Positions 29,949 to 40,328 of a stretch of DNA of 64,000 nucleotides are shown here, one piece after another (within the stretch, counting starts at the first letter, position 1; the number at the start of each line of letters is the position of its first letter). The stretch is from Clostridia bacterium (GTDB taxonomy: Bacteria; Bacillota; Clostridia; Oscillospirales; CAG-272). The notes under the pieces were generated by a model. That model did not search any database, was not told the origin of the DNA, and was given only the letters and a program-made list of their open reading frames with translations. The position numbers and the translations under genes were made by a program. The stretch lies in contig JAGARU010000127.1 of NCBI GenBank assembly GCA_017622085.1, positions 18,247 through 82,246 of the forward strand. Direction: 5' to 3'.

Positions 29949-31241
29949 TTATTCAGCGTCAGCTGCGGGAGCGGCCACTACGGCGTTCTCCTTAACGAAG
30001 TCAACAGCCTTCTTAACGGCGATATCGGCAGACAGTGCCTTGTCATCGATCAGACCCTTGATCTCGTCAACGGACTTGTTGTAAGCCTTGGAGAGGTTCT
30101 CGTACTCAGCGGCAAGCTCTTCCTCGCTTGCGGTAAGGTTCTCAAGCTCAGCAACCTTTTCAAGAGCAAGGCGGGTCTGAACCTGGCGCTCTGCCTGAGG
30201 TCTCATCTGCTCACGGAGAGTATCAAGGTTCATGCCGGTAAACTTGAAGTAGGTAGCAAGGTCAAGTCCCTGCATACGGAGTCTGGTGTCGTAGTCGCGA
30301 ACGAAGTTCTCGGTCTCGGTCTCGTACATAGCCTCGGGAATCTCAACCTCCATATTTTCAACGAGAGTCTTCATCAGCTCGTTTTCAAAGGCGGTATCTG
30401 CGCTTTCTGCGTTTCTCTTCTCAAGGTTTGCCTTAACGTCAGCCTTATATTCATCGAGAGTATCGAATTCGGAAACATCCTTTGCGAATTCGTCGTCAAG
30501 CTCGGGGAGATCGTTGTGCTTGATTGCATGGAGAACAACCTTGAAGGTAGCTTCCTTCTCGGAGAGACCCTCGTGGTAATCCTTGGGGAAGGTAACGTTT
30601 ACGTCGAATGCATCGCCGATGGCGTGGCCGACGATCTGATCCTCAAAGCCGGGGATGAACTGGCCGGAGCCAAGCACAAGGGAGTGACCCTCAGCCTTGC
30701 CGCCGTCGAACTGCTGGCCGTCAACGTAACCGTCGAAGTCGATCACAACGGTGTCGCCGTTTTCTGCTGCGCGATCGGTAACCTCGATCATGCGGCCGTT
30801 TCTCTCACGAACGCGGTTGATCTCAGCGTCAACGTCAGCGTCGGTAACGGGAGTAACGTTCTTCTCAGCCTGAAGATTCTTGTAAGCCTTGAGGGAAACT
30901 TCGGGCTTAACGTAGAACTTTGCCTTAAGAGTAACGTCGCTCTCAATGGATACAACGTCGAACTCAGGACGGCTTACGATCTCAAGAGCGGACTCCTTAA
31001 GAGCAGCCTCGAAAGCATCGGGAATGATCTCGTTGATGGCATCCTCGAAGAATACGCCCTTGCCGTAGAGTCTTTCAATTACGCTACGGGGAGCCTTACC
31101 CTTGCGGAAGCCGGGAACGTTGATCTTCTTTACTTCCTTGAGGTAAACCTTCTGCTGAGCGGCCTCAAAGGTAGCGGCATCTACAGTAAATTCAATTTCA
31201 TAAAGATTTGTTTCAACTTTGGTGTTTTTGGTTAAAGCCAT
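29949..31241 (-). CDS. tig: Trigger factor
   Basis: 430 aa. Ribosome-binding motif PGFRKGKAP, a central FKBP-type PPIase region, and an acidic C-terminal arm domain. Confidence 0.93.
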   Translation of the reverse strand: MALTKNTKVETNLYEIEFTVDAATFEAAQQKVYLKEVKKINVPGFRKGKAPRSVIERLYGKGVFFEDAINEIIPDAFEAALKESALEIVSRPEFDVVSIESDVTLKAKFYVKPEVSLKAYKNLQAEKNVTPVTDADVDAEINRVRERNGRMIEVTDRAAENGDTVVIDFDGYVDGQQFDGGKAEGHSLVLGSGQFIPGFEDQIVGHAIGDAFDVNVTFPKDYHEGLSEKEATFKVVLHAIKHNDLPELDDEFAKDVSEFDTLDEYKADVKANLEKRNAESADTAFENELMKTLVENMEVEIPEAMYETETENFVRDYDTRLRMQGLDLATYFKFTGMNLDTLREQMRPQAERQVQTRLALEKVAELENLTASEEELAAEYENLSKAYNKSVDEIKGLIDDKALSADIAVKKAVDFVKENAVVAAPAADAE

Positions 31242-31369
31242 TTTAGTGAATTCCTCCGATAAAGAACTTAAAATTCAATCAATATACATTTTACTTTTTT
31301 TTCATAGTAAAGTCAAGGATAAAAGTTAAAAATTTCCGCTTTTTTCGCACTTTTTAAGCCAAAAAAGCA

Positions 31370-32092
31370 TCAATAATCCTGCGGCATAACGATCATGGGA
31401 ATAAAATCAAGGAAATCTGCCGAGATCATAGTCATAGTGATCCCCTCGAACTCGATGGAGCGGGGAATGCTGTACAGTCCATGAATATGGCCGAAGTAGC
31501 AGTTTTTGATTCCGTACGTGTGGAGCGTATCCACGATCTCCCGACAGATAAAGCCACGGAATACGGGCGGGAAGTGGAAGAATACCAGCAGTTGTCTGCC
31601 CTCCGCAATCCGCTTGCCCTCCTCCAAGCTAGTCTTCAGCCGGGATACCTCCCGTGCCACGATCTTGTCGTAGTCGGTATCAAACTTGGAGGCCTGGAGC
31701 TTTTCCTCCACGTACCAGCCTCGGGTGCCGCAAATGGTGTATTCCTCAGCATTATATGCGTTGTTGAAGAGAAAGTCTATGGTGTGGATCTCATTTTCCG
31801 CAAAAGCCTTGTGCATTTTCGTAACCGTAGACCACCAGAAGTCATGGTTACCCTTGCCAATGATCTTGCGCCCGGGCAGGGAATCGAGGAATTTCAGATC
31901 CCCCAGTGCCTCCTCAAGAGAAAGCCCCCAGGAAATATCGCCGGGCACCACCACCGTGTCCTCGTCGGATACGACGGCGCGCCAGCGCTCTTCAATTTTC
32001 GTCATGTAGGATTGCCACCGGGAGCCGAAAATGTCCATAGGCTTGTCCGTGGTAGTGGATAAATGCAGGTCAGCCATGACAAATAAAGACAT
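31370..32092 (-). CDS. Metallophosphoesterase (calcineurin-like)
   Basis: 240 aa with the motifs ADLH, PGDIS, GNHDFWW and GHIH. Confidence 0.85.
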   Translation of the reverse strand: MSLFVMADLHLSTTTDKPMDIFGSRWQSYMTKIEERWRAVVSDEDTVVVPGDISWGLSLEEALGDLKFLDSLPGRKIIGKGNHDFWWSTVTKMHKAFAENEIHTIDFLFNNAYNAEEYTICGTRGWYVEEKLQASKFDTDYDKIVAREVSRLKTSLEEGKRIAEGRQLLVFFHFPPVFRGFICREIVDTLHTYGIKNCYFGHIHGLYSIPRSIEFEGITMTMISADFLDFIPMIVMPQDY

Positions 32093-32133
32093 TTTTTCTC
32101 CTTTCTGCCGGCGGCCTTGAATTTAGAATGGAA

Positions 32134-33618
32134 TTATTTGCAGAAGCGACGGACTGCATTCGGCATCTCGTCCGCATCCACCGTCTCGGTAAAGCGAACG
32201 GGAAGGGTCAGAACACGAGTCAGTTGAACGGGGGCCTTCACACCGGATTTTTCTTCAAGCTCTGCCAGCGCCGCAACGTCATCGGTGGGCTGACCGCCAA
32301 GCGCGGTAAGCACAGATGCGGCAAACTTGTAGGGGTTGGCAGTAGAGGCCAGAATTACAGGACGGTGATCGTCTGTATCCGCCATATAAGCTTTAGCACA
32401 GTACAGACCGACTGCAGTATGGGTGTCGCACAGATAGCCTTCCTTTTCAAAGGTCTCGCGGATGGTCTTGGCGGTGTTTTCTTCGGAGCAGTAGTAACCG
32501 GAGAAGCAACGGTCAAGCTCTGCCTTCACCTGCGCATCTACGGTGTACTTGCCGCAGGTGGCGAGAGACTTCATGTAGTCAGCCGTCTTTTCAGGGCCGG
32601 CCACGGTAAAGAGCAGACGCTCCAGATTGCTGGAGATCAGAATGTCCATGGAGGGGGACATGGTCTTGTAGAACTCGCGGTTGCGGTCGTAGGTTCCGGT
32701 CTTCAGGAAGTCGGTCAGAATGTTGTTCGCATTGGAGGCGCAGATAAAGCGGCCCACGGGCAGTCCCATCTTAGCGGCAATGTAGGCGGCAAAAATGTTA
32801 CCGAAGTTACCGGTGGGAACGCATACGTTCACTACGTCTCCTAGCGCAATACGGCCGGCCTTTACAAGGTCGCAGTAAGCGGAAATGTAGTAAACGATCT
32901 GAGGAGCCAGGCGGCCCCAGTTGATGGAGTTTGCGCTGGAGAAGAAGTATCCCTGCGCATTCATTTCCTTGGCAAATTCACCGTCGGAGAAGATCTTCTT
33001 CACGCCGGTTTGTGCATCGTCAAAGTTGCCGTGGATGGCACAAACACCCACGTTGCCACCCTCCTGGGTAGCCATCTGCAGCTTCTGAACGCGGCTGACG
33101 CCATCTTCGGGGTAGAAGACGAGGATCTTGATCTGATCCACGTCGCGGTAGCCTTCCAGAGCCGCCTTTCCGGTGTCACCGGAGGTAGCAACCAGAATCT
33201 GTGCCGTCCGTTCTTCTCCGGTTTTGCCAAGGGCGCGGGAGAGCAGACGGGGCATGATCTGAAGGGCCATATCCTTAAAGGCGCAGGTCGGGCCATGCCA
33301 AAGCTCAAGAGAATGCACGCCTCCCTCAAGTGAAACGATGGGTGCGGCACCGCCGGGGAAGCGTTCCTCCGCATAAGCGGCGCGGCAGTCTGCCAAAAGC
33401 TCCTCTGCGGTATAATCGGTCAAGAACAGGCCAAGAATCTTCGCCGCCCGTTCTTCATAGGGCAGATCGATCAGTGCCTTCAGCTCCTCCATCGTAACGG
33501 TAGGAATGGTATCGGGCATAAAGAGACCGCCGTCGTCCGCCAGACCCTGCTTGATGGCAGCGGCTGCAGACACGGCCTTTTTTGCTTCATTTGTATCGCG
33601 TGTGCTGATGTAATTCAT
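32134..33618 (-). CDS. thrC: Threonine synthase
   Basis: Start trimmed to ATG 33618 (MNYISTRD...) behind GAGGAGG. PLP-lysine motif GPTCAFKDMALQ. Size typical of long-form ThrC. Confidence 0.88.
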   Translation of the reverse strand: MNYISTRDTNEAKKAVSAAAAIKQGLADDGGLFMPDTIPTVTMEELKALIDLPYEERAAKILGLFLTDYTAEELLADCRAAYAEERFPGGAAPIVSLEGGVHSLELWHGPTCAFKDMALQIMPRLLSRALGKTGEERTAQILVATSGDTGKAALEGYRDVDQIKILVFYPEDGVSRVQKLQMATQEGGNVGVCAIHGNFDDAQTGVKKIFSDGEFAKEMNAQGYFFSSANSINWGRLAPQIVYYISAYCDLVKAGRIALGDVVNVCVPTGNFGNIFAAYIAAKMGLPVGRFICASNANNILTDFLKTGTYDRNREFYKTMSPSMDILISSNLERLLFTVAGPEKTADYMKSLATCGKYTVDAQVKAELDRCFSGYYCSEENTAKTIRETFEKEGYLCDTHTAVGLYCAKAYMADTDDHRPVILASTANPYKFAASVLTALGGQPTDDVAALAELEEKSGVKAPVQLTRVLTLPVRFTETVDADEMPNAVRRFCK

Positions 33619-33652
33619 GATAATCCTCCTCATGGTAGGTAAGTTACATTTA

Positions 33653-34579
33653 TTATAGAATCCGTGCGCCGCGCGCAAAAAACGCGTGAGCGTTCTGATA
33701 GAATAATCGGTCCAAAAGCCCGGAATCTAGCCCCGCCTCGGCCAGCCGGCGGTAAAGCTCTGGCATGGCGCTAAGATCCGCCAAGCCCTCGGGCGTTGTT
33801 TCAATGCCGTCAAAATCGCCTCCAAAGGCAAGACAGCTCTCGCCGCCTAAGGATAAATAATGACGGATGTGGGCAAGCACCGCTTCAAAATTGCAAGGCC
33901 CGTCGCATAGATGAACGGGATAAAAGCTAATGCCCACCAAGCCTCCCAGCGCAACAATGCGCTCGAAGTAGCTATCCTTTAAATTTCTCGGATGCGGATG
34001 CACCCGGTAGGCGTTGGAGTGAGTGGCCACCACGGGAAGCCCCCGTGCCTCTGCCATCTCCAAAACCTCCTCAATCACCGGATCCGACGCATGGGACAGA
34101 TCGGGAACGATTCCCAGCCGGAAGCATTCCTCCACCACCCGACGGCCAAATTCCGTCAAGGGTGCCGAGGTGTCAAAGGAACCGCCGATCACGCTCTCTC
34201 CGGCCCAGGTCAGGGTAAGAAAGCGCACACCGTCCCGGTAAAGCTCCTCCAACCGAGAAAGATCTCCCGCCAGAATGCGGGCATCCTCCACCGCCAGTAT
34301 GTAGCTTGGTGCGTTGGGATCCAACTGATCCGCGCAAGTGGCTAACGTAAATCGGTTTGCCTCGACCTGTGCGCGAAAGTTGTCCCGTACCTCCCGGTAG
34401 CGCCGGTAAGCGGCCTCATCGTCCAACCGACAGTCGCTCCAGATGGCGGCCACCTGAACGTATCGGTCAAGCCCACTCGCCTTGGCGGCGGAAGCCATGA
34501 GCGAACCGTCCGTTATGGATCGCTTGCGACCGTACGCCTCCGTCGGCATGTCGCAGTGCAAATCAAAAAGGGAAATCAT
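33653..34579 (-). CDS. Dipeptidase (peptidase M19 / renal dipeptidase family)
   Basis: Start at ATG 34579 (MISLFDLHCDMP...). The HxD start motif, VATHSNA and FGGDFDG blocks fit M19. Confidence 0.7.
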   Translation of the reverse strand: MISLFDLHCDMPTEAYGRKRSITDGSLMASAAKASGLDRYVQVAAIWSDCRLDDEAAYRRYREVRDNFRAQVEANRFTLATCADQLDPNAPSYILAVEDARILAGDLSRLEELYRDGVRFLTLTWAGESVIGGSFDTSAPLTEFGRRVVEECFRLGIVPDLSHASDPVIEEVLEMAEARGLPVVATHSNAYRVHPHPRNLKDSYFERIVALGGLVGISFYPVHLCDGPCNFEAVLAHIRHYLSLGGESCLAFGGDFDGIETTPEGLADLSAMPELYRRLAEAGLDSGLLDRLFYQNAHAFFARGARIL

Positions 34580-34583
34580 AGCA

Positions 34584-34970
34584 TCACCTCGTAACGGCAT
34601 TTGGTATGTAGTTTACGCGCTCCACCTTACCCTCGTGCAGATAAACCTCCGCCACGTCGATCCTCGGTTGCTTTGCTGCTTGCTCCTCATTAAGCTGAGA
34701 GCGCAGGTACATGGCGGCGGCCGCCAGCAAATTTCTTTGCTTGGCGCCGTTGACCGCATCGGCCGGCCGATAAAGGTTGACCTTGTCCGTGGAGCGTGTC
34801 TTTACCTCCACAAACAGAATGTGGGTGGCGCTTTCCGCAACAATATCAATCTCCTTGTGGGAAAGGTGCACGTTGCGCCCGAGAATCCGGCACCCTTGCT
34901 TCTTTAAAAGGGAAGCCACGTGCTTCTCACCGAGAGCGCCGATCCGCTTGGTATCACTTTTTCTTTCCAT
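34584..34970 (-). CDS. yraN: YraN-family endonuclease-like protein (UPF0102)
   Basis: Start trimmed to ATG 34970 (MERKSDTKRIGALGEKHVA...). The EIDIVA...LFVEVKTR motif is present. 17-nt overlap with the rnhB 3' end, and the conserved rnhB-yraN synteny. Confidence 0.8.
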   Translation of the reverse strand: MERKSDTKRIGALGEKHVASLLKKQGCRILGRNVHLSHKEIDIVAESATHILFVEVKTRSTDKVNLYRPADAVNGAKQRNLLAAAAMYLRSQLNEEQAAKQPRIDVAEVYLHEGKVERVNYIPNAVTR

Positions 34971-35571
34971 ACAAAAACGAATGTACAAAGGTAGGCCGAT
35001 GCACGGGAGAGGGCCCGTGGGCCAACAATGCTTCCTTGTGGAGCTTGGTGCCGTAGCCCTTGTGCTTGGCAAAGCCGTACTGGGGATACTCCCGATCCAG
35101 CTCATAGCAAACCCGGTCACGGGCAACCTTAGCTAAAATGGAAGCCGCGGCAATGGAGGGCGCCAGCGCGTCGCCGCCTACAATTGCCTTGGCCGGCAGA
35201 GCAAAGCCCCGATCCACGTTTCCGTCGATCAGTGCAAAATCTGCCCGAGGCTCCAATGCCTCGATGGCACGCCGCATGGCAAGGAGCGCGGCGTTCAGTA
35301 TGTTCATTTCCTCAATTTCCTCAACGGAGGCAGAGGCAATGGCATAAGCGACAGCACCCTTGGTGATCTTGTCAAAAAGAGCTTCTCGCTTTTTCTCCGT
35401 CAGCTTTTTGGAATCGTCCAGTCCCTCCAGCACAAAGCCCCTGGGCAAAATGCAGGCGGCGGCAAATACCGGTCCGGCCAAAGGCCCCCGGCCTGCTTCG
35501 TCCACTCCGCAGACCAAACGAATATTTTCGCTTAAAAACTGCTGTTCAAAGCCGTATTCCAGCATAGTCAA
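34954..35571 (-). CDS. rnhB: Ribonuclease HII
   Basis: 205 aa with the GVDEAGRGPLAGPV catalytic motif and DDSKKLT. Confidence 0.93.
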   Translation of the reverse strand: MTMLEYGFEQQFLSENIRLVCGVDEAGRGPLAGPVFAAACILPRGFVLEGLDDSKKLTEKKREALFDKITKGAVAYAIASASVEEIEEMNILNAALLAMRRAIEALEPRADFALIDGNVDRGFALPAKAIVGGDALAPSIAAASILAKVARDRVCYELDREYPQYGFAKHKGYGTKLHKEALLAHGPSPVHRPTFVHSFLYGKKK

Positions 35572-36443
35572 TCCTCTTCCTTCGGCGGCATCTCAAGGGA
35601 GATGGGGCCGATCTTTCCGCCGCGGAACTCGTCAAGGAGGATCTTGGAGGTGCGTTCCGTATCCACATCGCCGCCGCTCACTAAGAATCCGCGCTTGCGT
35701 CCCACCAGCTCAAAGAGCTCATAGTCGTCAAACTCGGGCAAAACTTTCGGGTCGATCTTGTACCGTGCGCAGAATAACTCGGGACAGATCTTGCGGAGCC
35801 GTCCGCAAAGGAGCATGGCAATATGCTCCGTATCCAGAATCGCATCGCGAATGGCACCGGTCATGGCCAGCGCCTCACCGATCTTGGGATCGTCAAATTT
35901 CGGCCAAAGCACACCGGGCATGTCCATCAGATCCAGACCGATCTTGGTGGGAACCCATTGCTTGTTCAGCGTCACACCGGGGCGATCCTCCACCTTCACC
36001 TTTTTGGAGCCGCAAATGCGGTTGATGAGGGAGGACTTTCCTACGTTGGGAATACCAACGATCATAGCCTTCAGGGTGCGTCCTACCATACCCTTGTTTT
36101 CGTAGCGCTCCAGCTTGGCACTGAGGATCTTTTTGATCTCCGCCTCCACCGCGTGGATGCCCTCGCCGGTAAGACAGTCGATGGGAATGGCAACGGCGCC
36201 CTTTTTAGTGTAGTATTTCTGCCACGCGGCCGTAATTTCCTTGTTGGCCAACGTAGATTTGTTCAGAAGGATGAGTGTTGGCTTTTCACCGATCAGTCGT
36301 GGGATCTCCGGGTTACGGGAGCTGTGGGGAATCCGTGCATCCAGCACCTCGATCACAATGTCCACCAGCTTCAGGTTTTCGCTGATCAGCCGGCGGGTTT
36401 TCGCCATATGCCCGGGAAACCATTGAATGTTATCCTGTTGCAT
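35568..36443 (-). CDS. rbgA: Ribosome biogenesis GTPase A (YlqF/RbgA)
   Basis: 291 aa, WFPGHMAK..., circularly permuted G motifs (LNKSTL ... GIPNVGKSSLINR). Confidence 0.92.
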   Translation of the reverse strand: MQQDNIQWFPGHMAKTRRLISENLKLVDIVIEVLDARIPHSSRNPEIPRLIGEKPTLILLNKSTLANKEITAAWQKYYTKKGAVAIPIDCLTGEGIHAVEAEIKKILSAKLERYENKGMVGRTLKAMIVGIPNVGKSSLINRICGSKKVKVEDRPGVTLNKQWVPTKIGLDLMDMPGVLWPKFDDPKIGEALAMTGAIRDAILDTEHIAMLLCGRLRKICPELFCARYKIDPKVLPEFDDYELFELVGRKRGFLVSGGDVDTERTSKILLDEFRGGKIGPISLEMPPKEED

Positions 36444-36462
36444 TGCTTCTCCTTTTCAGTAT

Positions 36463-37053
36463 TTAGTCTACCGGACCAAAGACCGGCAAGGGGGCAATTC
36501 GGAGCAAAACCTTACCAAGGATACAGCGCACGTCGATCATGCCGATCAGACTGGTGCGGCTGTCCGCAGAGTGGTTTCGGTTGTCACCCATCACAAATAC
36601 GTAGCCCTCGGGAACCACAAGGGGGTAGGTCAGGTTGGAGGTGATCCTCTGGTCGTCCGTCAGCTTGATGTACGGCTCGTCGATCACCACACCGTCCACC
36701 GTTACCGTCCACGTGTCAAAATCAATGTCAACGGTCTGACCGCCAACGGCAATGATCCGCTTCACCAAGGGATCGGGGTAGTGCGGGGTGGGCTGGTGGA
36801 TAATAACGATGTCTCCTGCATCGGGCGTGTAAAGAAAATCACTGACCAGCAGTGCCTCTCCATCGTGAAGCGTGTCTTCCATGGAGGGGCCGTCAACAAT
36901 GGTGATCCGCAGGAAAAAGGTAAAGATGAGAATAACCGACATGGCGGAGAGCACAAAGGCCTCCAGTACGTCAAGGAGAGTGTCGGACATTTTTTTCGCA
37001 GAGATCGGTGCCTCGGGCTCACCCGACGGGGTCAGTTGCTTTTCATTATCCAT
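36463..37053 (-). CDS. lepB: Signal peptidase I
   Basis: 196 aa. One N-terminal TM, catalytic Ser box GPSMEDTL, Lys box KRIIAVGG, GDNRNHSADSR. Confidence 0.9.
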   Translation of the reverse strand: MDNEKQLTPSGEPEAPISAKKMSDTLLDVLEAFVLSAMSVILIFTFFLRITIVDGPSMEDTLHDGEALLVSDFLYTPDAGDIVIIHQPTPHYPDPLVKRIIAVGGQTVDIDFDTWTVTVDGVVIDEPYIKLTDDQRITSNLTYPLVVPEGYVFVMGDNRNHSADSRTSLIGMIDVRCILGKVLLRIAPLPVFGPVD

Positions 37054-37075
37054 GGGGTGCTCCTTTCGTGTTTTT

Positions 37076-38287
37076 TTATTTTACGATCATGCGGTCAAGC
37101 AAGGTGCTTCCGTCCGCAATGTAAAGGTCGGTCTTAGCGCATTCATCCTCGGTAAACTTGGCAACACCGCTGTTCTCGCAGGTGCTGTCGTAGAGGAAGA
37201 AGGGAACCGGCTCGGAGGAATGGGTGCGAATGGCGATGGGCGTGGGATGGTCGGGCAGCACCAGCACCTTGAAGTCCTCGCCGGAGGCGCGGAGCTCGTT
37301 CAGTACGGGCAAAAGCACGCGCCGGTCGATGTACTCAATGGATTTTACCTTGTTTTCTGTCTCACCGCGGTGGCCGCACTCATCGGGCGCCTCCACGTGA
37401 ATGTATACAAATTCAGCGCCACGGCGGAAGGCCTCAATGGCGGCTTGCGCCTTGCCCTCGTAGTTGGTGTGGATGTTTCCGGTAGCACCCTCTACGTTGA
37501 TTACCTCCATCTCCGCACAAAGACCGATACCCTTGATCAGGTCAACGGCAGAGATCACGGCGCCCTTTACGCCCCACTTTTTGGCAAAGGAGGGAAGGAA
37601 GGGTTTCCGTCCGGGGCTCCACAGCCAAGCCGAGTTGGCCGGACGCAAACCGCGACGGCGGCGATCCTCGTTTACGGGATGATGGTTCAGAATGTCGTAG
37701 CTTTCCTTCATAAAGGCAAGAAATTCCTTGCCGGCTTCGTCCTTGGGCAAATATTCACCGATCCGACGGCCAATAATGTCGTGGGGACGGTCAAAGTTGT
37801 AGGTGTCGGAGGCATCCTGCCATACAAGGCAGTGGCGATAGCTTACACCGGTGTAAAGGTGGCGCGCCTCGGTGCTCAGCTTTTCATTCAGCGCCTTGAC
37901 CAGCTCGTTTGCCTCGGCGGTGGTAATCTCGTCCGCACTGTGATCCAGCATGATCTTATCCTCGTAAGTGTCCTCCTCCTCGGAGAGGGTTACCACGTTA
38001 CAGCGGATAGCCGTATCGCGCTCACCCAGGGTCAGACCCATGCTGACCGCCTCAAGAGGGGAGCGACCCTTGGAGTATTCTCTGGGATCGTAGGAGAGGA
38101 TCGCCAGATTGGCCGTGTCACTTTCCGGCACCATGCCAACGGGCACGTTAAGAACCTGTCCGCAAAGGGCGTGGGTGCAAAGAGCATCCATCGTAGGCTT
38201 TTCCGCTACTTCCATGGGCGTTTTGTTGCCCAGGGCTTCAATTTTTCTGTCGGCCATGCCGTCGCAGATTACAACAAGATATTTCAT
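37076..38287 (-). CDS. apgM: Cofactor-independent phosphoglycerate mutase, ApgM type
   Basis: Start trimmed to ATG 38287 (MKYLVVICDGMADR...). Alkaline-phosphatase-superfamily metal ligands (EAPDECGH). Confidence 0.8.
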   Translation of the reverse strand: MKYLVVICDGMADRKIEALGNKTPMEVAEKPTMDALCTHALCGQVLNVPVGMVPESDTANLAILSYDPREYSKGRSPLEAVSMGLTLGERDTAIRCNVVTLSEEEDTYEDKIMLDHSADEITTAEANELVKALNEKLSTEARHLYTGVSYRHCLVWQDASDTYNFDRPHDIIGRRIGEYLPKDEAGKEFLAFMKESYDILNHHPVNEDRRRRGLRPANSAWLWSPGRKPFLPSFAKKWGVKGAVISAVDLIKGIGLCAEMEVINVEGATGNIHTNYEGKAQAAIEAFRRGAEFVYIHVEAPDECGHRGETENKVKSIEYIDRRVLLPVLNELRASGEDFKVLVLPDHPTPIAIRTHSSEPVPFFLYDSTCENSGVAKFTEDECAKTDLYIADGSTLLDRMIVK

Positions 38288-38461
38288 AAGAGATCCTTTC
38301 TTCAAAAGAGGCGTGGAGCTCTGTCGGAATACGGTGAAAAACGCCGATGCGGCAGGGGACTGCGCCGAAAAACATATATATTTCATTATAACATAAACGC
38401 GTAAAAATAACAATGAATTTTTCGCAATTTACAAGACTAAAATCGATTTTTGGGCAGTTTG

Positions 38462-38490
38462 TTGACTTCGTGCAAAAAGTTTGATAGAAT
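38462..38490 (+). promoter_or_regulatory. sigma-A type promoter for the glycosyltransferase gene
   Basis: TTGACT (38462-38467), 17 nt, TGaTAGAAT (38482-38490). Confidence 0.6.
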
Positions 38491-38537
38491 AATTAGAGAA
38501 ATCGGAAACGAACCGAACAACGGAGGAGGAAAACGGG

Positions 38538-39779
38538 ATGGAACAGAAGGAAAAACTCCTGTTTTTAGGGTGTGAAATGAATGCGGCAGGAACGGAAAAA
38601 TCCTTCCTTGCGTTTCTGTCCGCTCTGGATCGGGAAAGGTACGATATTGAGCTGCTGTTAGCCCGTGCCGGTGGCGACCTGTATCACCTGTTGCCCAAGG
38701 ACATCAAGGTAACGGAAATGCCCGTGGGCGGGGAAATGTTCACCCTGTCCGGCTCCAATGCTGCCTCGGTCATTTTCCGTCTGTTTGTCCGCAAAAATCC
38801 CCTTCGCCTTTTTGAAATTTTCCCCTATTTTGTCCGCATGAAGCTTACCCCGTCCAAGCGCTCGCTGATCGCCATGGAGCTTTGGGTGCACATGATGAAA
38901 AAGATGCCCGACCATCCGGGCGAGTATGACGCGGCCATCGCCTATTGGGGAGATAAAACCATGTTTTATATGGTCGATAAGGTAAAGGCTAAGAAAAAGA
39001 TCACCTGGCTTCACTTCGACTATGCCAATCCGCCCCGTTCCGATCAGACGTATCTCCCGTACTTTGAGGCCTGTGACGGTGTGGTAACCGTCTCCGATGC
39101 GGTGGATCACGCCTTGAAGAAAAAGCTCCCCTCCATTGCTCATAAATGTGTTATGATCGAGAACCTGATCGATCGTGACTCGCTTTACGCCATGGCAAAA
39201 ACCGCTCCTACCTATACGGACGGCTATACCGGCACCCGTATTGTGTCCGTTATGCGCATCTGTCACCAAAAGGGCTTTGATTTCATTCCTGAGATCCTTG
39301 GCCAGCTGGTCAAAAACGGCCGTGAGCTCCGCTGGTATATTGTCGGGGAGGGAACGGAAGCCGACGTGGCCTATCTTACCTCTGAATGTGAGCGCTTGGG
39401 CGTGGCCGATCGCTTGGTTCTTCTTGGCACAACCCCCAATCCCTATGGTTACTTGAAGGATGCCGATCTCTTCGTTCTCCCCTCCCGCCACGAGGGCAAG
39501 CCCATTTCCGTGGAGGAGGCCAAGGCCTTTGCCAAGCCCATCGTGGTCGGTCACTACTTGTCCGCGGACGAGCAGCTCCTGAGCGGAGAGCTTGGCCTCA
39601 TTGCCGAGAGCGATCCGACCAGCCTGACGGAGGCCATCGATCAGCTTGTGTCTTCTCCCGATCGCCGCGACGAGCTTTCCCGCCGTCTCGCAGACTATAA
39701 TCGCACCACCGCGGTCAAATCCGAGTGCGAAATGGCCAAATTTTACGATATTATGCGAAAAACCTCCGAAAAAAAATGA
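38538..39779 (+). CDS. Glycosyltransferase family 4 (GT-B, retaining)
   Basis: 413 aa with a C-terminal E-x7-E motif (SRHEGKPISVEEAKAF) and a GT1/GT4-type Rossmann layout. Confidence 0.8.
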   Translation: MEQKEKLLFLGCEMNAAGTEKSFLAFLSALDRERYDIELLLARAGGDLYHLLPKDIKVTEMPVGGEMFTLSGSNAASVIFRLFVRKNPLRLFEIFPYFVRMKLTPSKRSLIAMELWVHMMKKMPDHPGEYDAAIAYWGDKTMFYMVDKVKAKKKITWLHFDYANPPRSDQTYLPYFEACDGVVTVSDAVDHALKKKLPSIAHKCVMIENLIDRDSLYAMAKTAPTYTDGYTGTRIVSVMRICHQKGFDFIPEILGQLVKNGRELRWYIVGEGTEADVAYLTSECERLGVADRLVLLGTTPNPYGYLKDADLFVLPSRHEGKPISVEEAKAFAKPIVVGHYLSADEQLLSGELGLIAESDPTSLTEAIDQLVSSPDRRDELSRRLADYNRTTAVKSECEMAKFYDIMRKTSEKK

Positions 39780-39798
39780 ATTTTTGGTAAAAAAACTA

Positions 39799-39827
39799 TT
39801 GCAAAGTGAAATCGTTTGTAGTATAAT
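39799..39827 (+). promoter_or_regulatory. sigma-A type promoter for rplS
   Basis: TTGCAA (39799-39804), 17 nt, TATAAT (39822-39827). Confidence 0.65.
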
Positions 39828-39832
39828 ACATC

Positions 39833-39916
39833 CGTATGCGCCATGAGCGCAAATACGGGGTAGTCCGCTGCAGGCTCGCATGAATGCCCTATGAATAATT
39901 TATGGAGGTACTGATC
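39833..39916 (+). promoter_or_regulatory. Structured 5' leader of rplS (possible L19 autoregulatory leader)
   Basis: Hairpin CCGTAT-GCGC-CATGA-GCGC-AA-ATACGG (39833-39859), followed by further GC-rich pairing potential before the GGAGG SD. Confidence 0.35.
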
Positions 39917-40264
39917 ATGGATAAGATCGGAGCTTTTGTTAACGAGCAGTTGAAGAAAGACATCCCCCAGTTCAACGTTGGTGACACCGTAAGAGTTGCT
40001 AACTTGATCAAGGAGGGAAACAGAGAAAGAATTCAGATGTTCGAGGGCGTTGTTATTGCAAAGCGTAACGGCGGCATCGCAGAGACTTTCACTGTTAGAC
40101 GTGTAGCATACGGATGCGGTGTGGAAAAGACCTTCCCCCTTCATTCTCCTCACGTAGCAGAGATCAAGGTAACCAGACGCGGTAAGGTAAGACGCGCTAA
40201 GCTCTTCTACCTGCGCGACGCAATCGGTAAGGATTCCAAGGTTAAGGAAGCAACCGACAGATAA
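39917..40264 (+). CDS. rplS: 50S ribosomal protein L19
   Basis: Start at ATG 39917 ([27 protein letters not shown]...[15 protein letters not shown]...) with GGAGG upstream. A classic L19 sequence. Confidence 0.93.
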   Translation: MDKIGAFVNEQLKKDIPQFNVGDTVRVANLIKEGNRERIQMFEGVVIAKRNGGIAETFTVRRVAYGCGVEKTFPLHSPHVAEIKVTRRGKVRRAKLFYLRDAIGKDSKVKEATDR

Positions 40265-40270
40265 TCAAGC
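40227..40270 (+). repeat. Direct repeat copy 1 (44 bp; 3' end of rplS)
   Basis: GTAAGGATTCCAAGGTTAAGGAAGCAACCGACAGATAATCAAGC, identical to 41458-41501. Confidence 0.95.
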
Positions 40271-40272
40271 CC

Positions 40273-40311
40273 AAAAGACGGCGGAGGAATATTCCTCCGC
40301 CGTCTCTTTTT
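40273..40311 (+). terminator. Rho-independent terminator after rplS (repeat copy 1)
   Basis: AGACGGCGGAGGAAT / ATTCCTCCGCCGTCT perfect 15-bp palindromic stem, then CTTTTT. Confidence 0.85.
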
Positions 40312-40328
40312 GTATCGTATCATCGGGA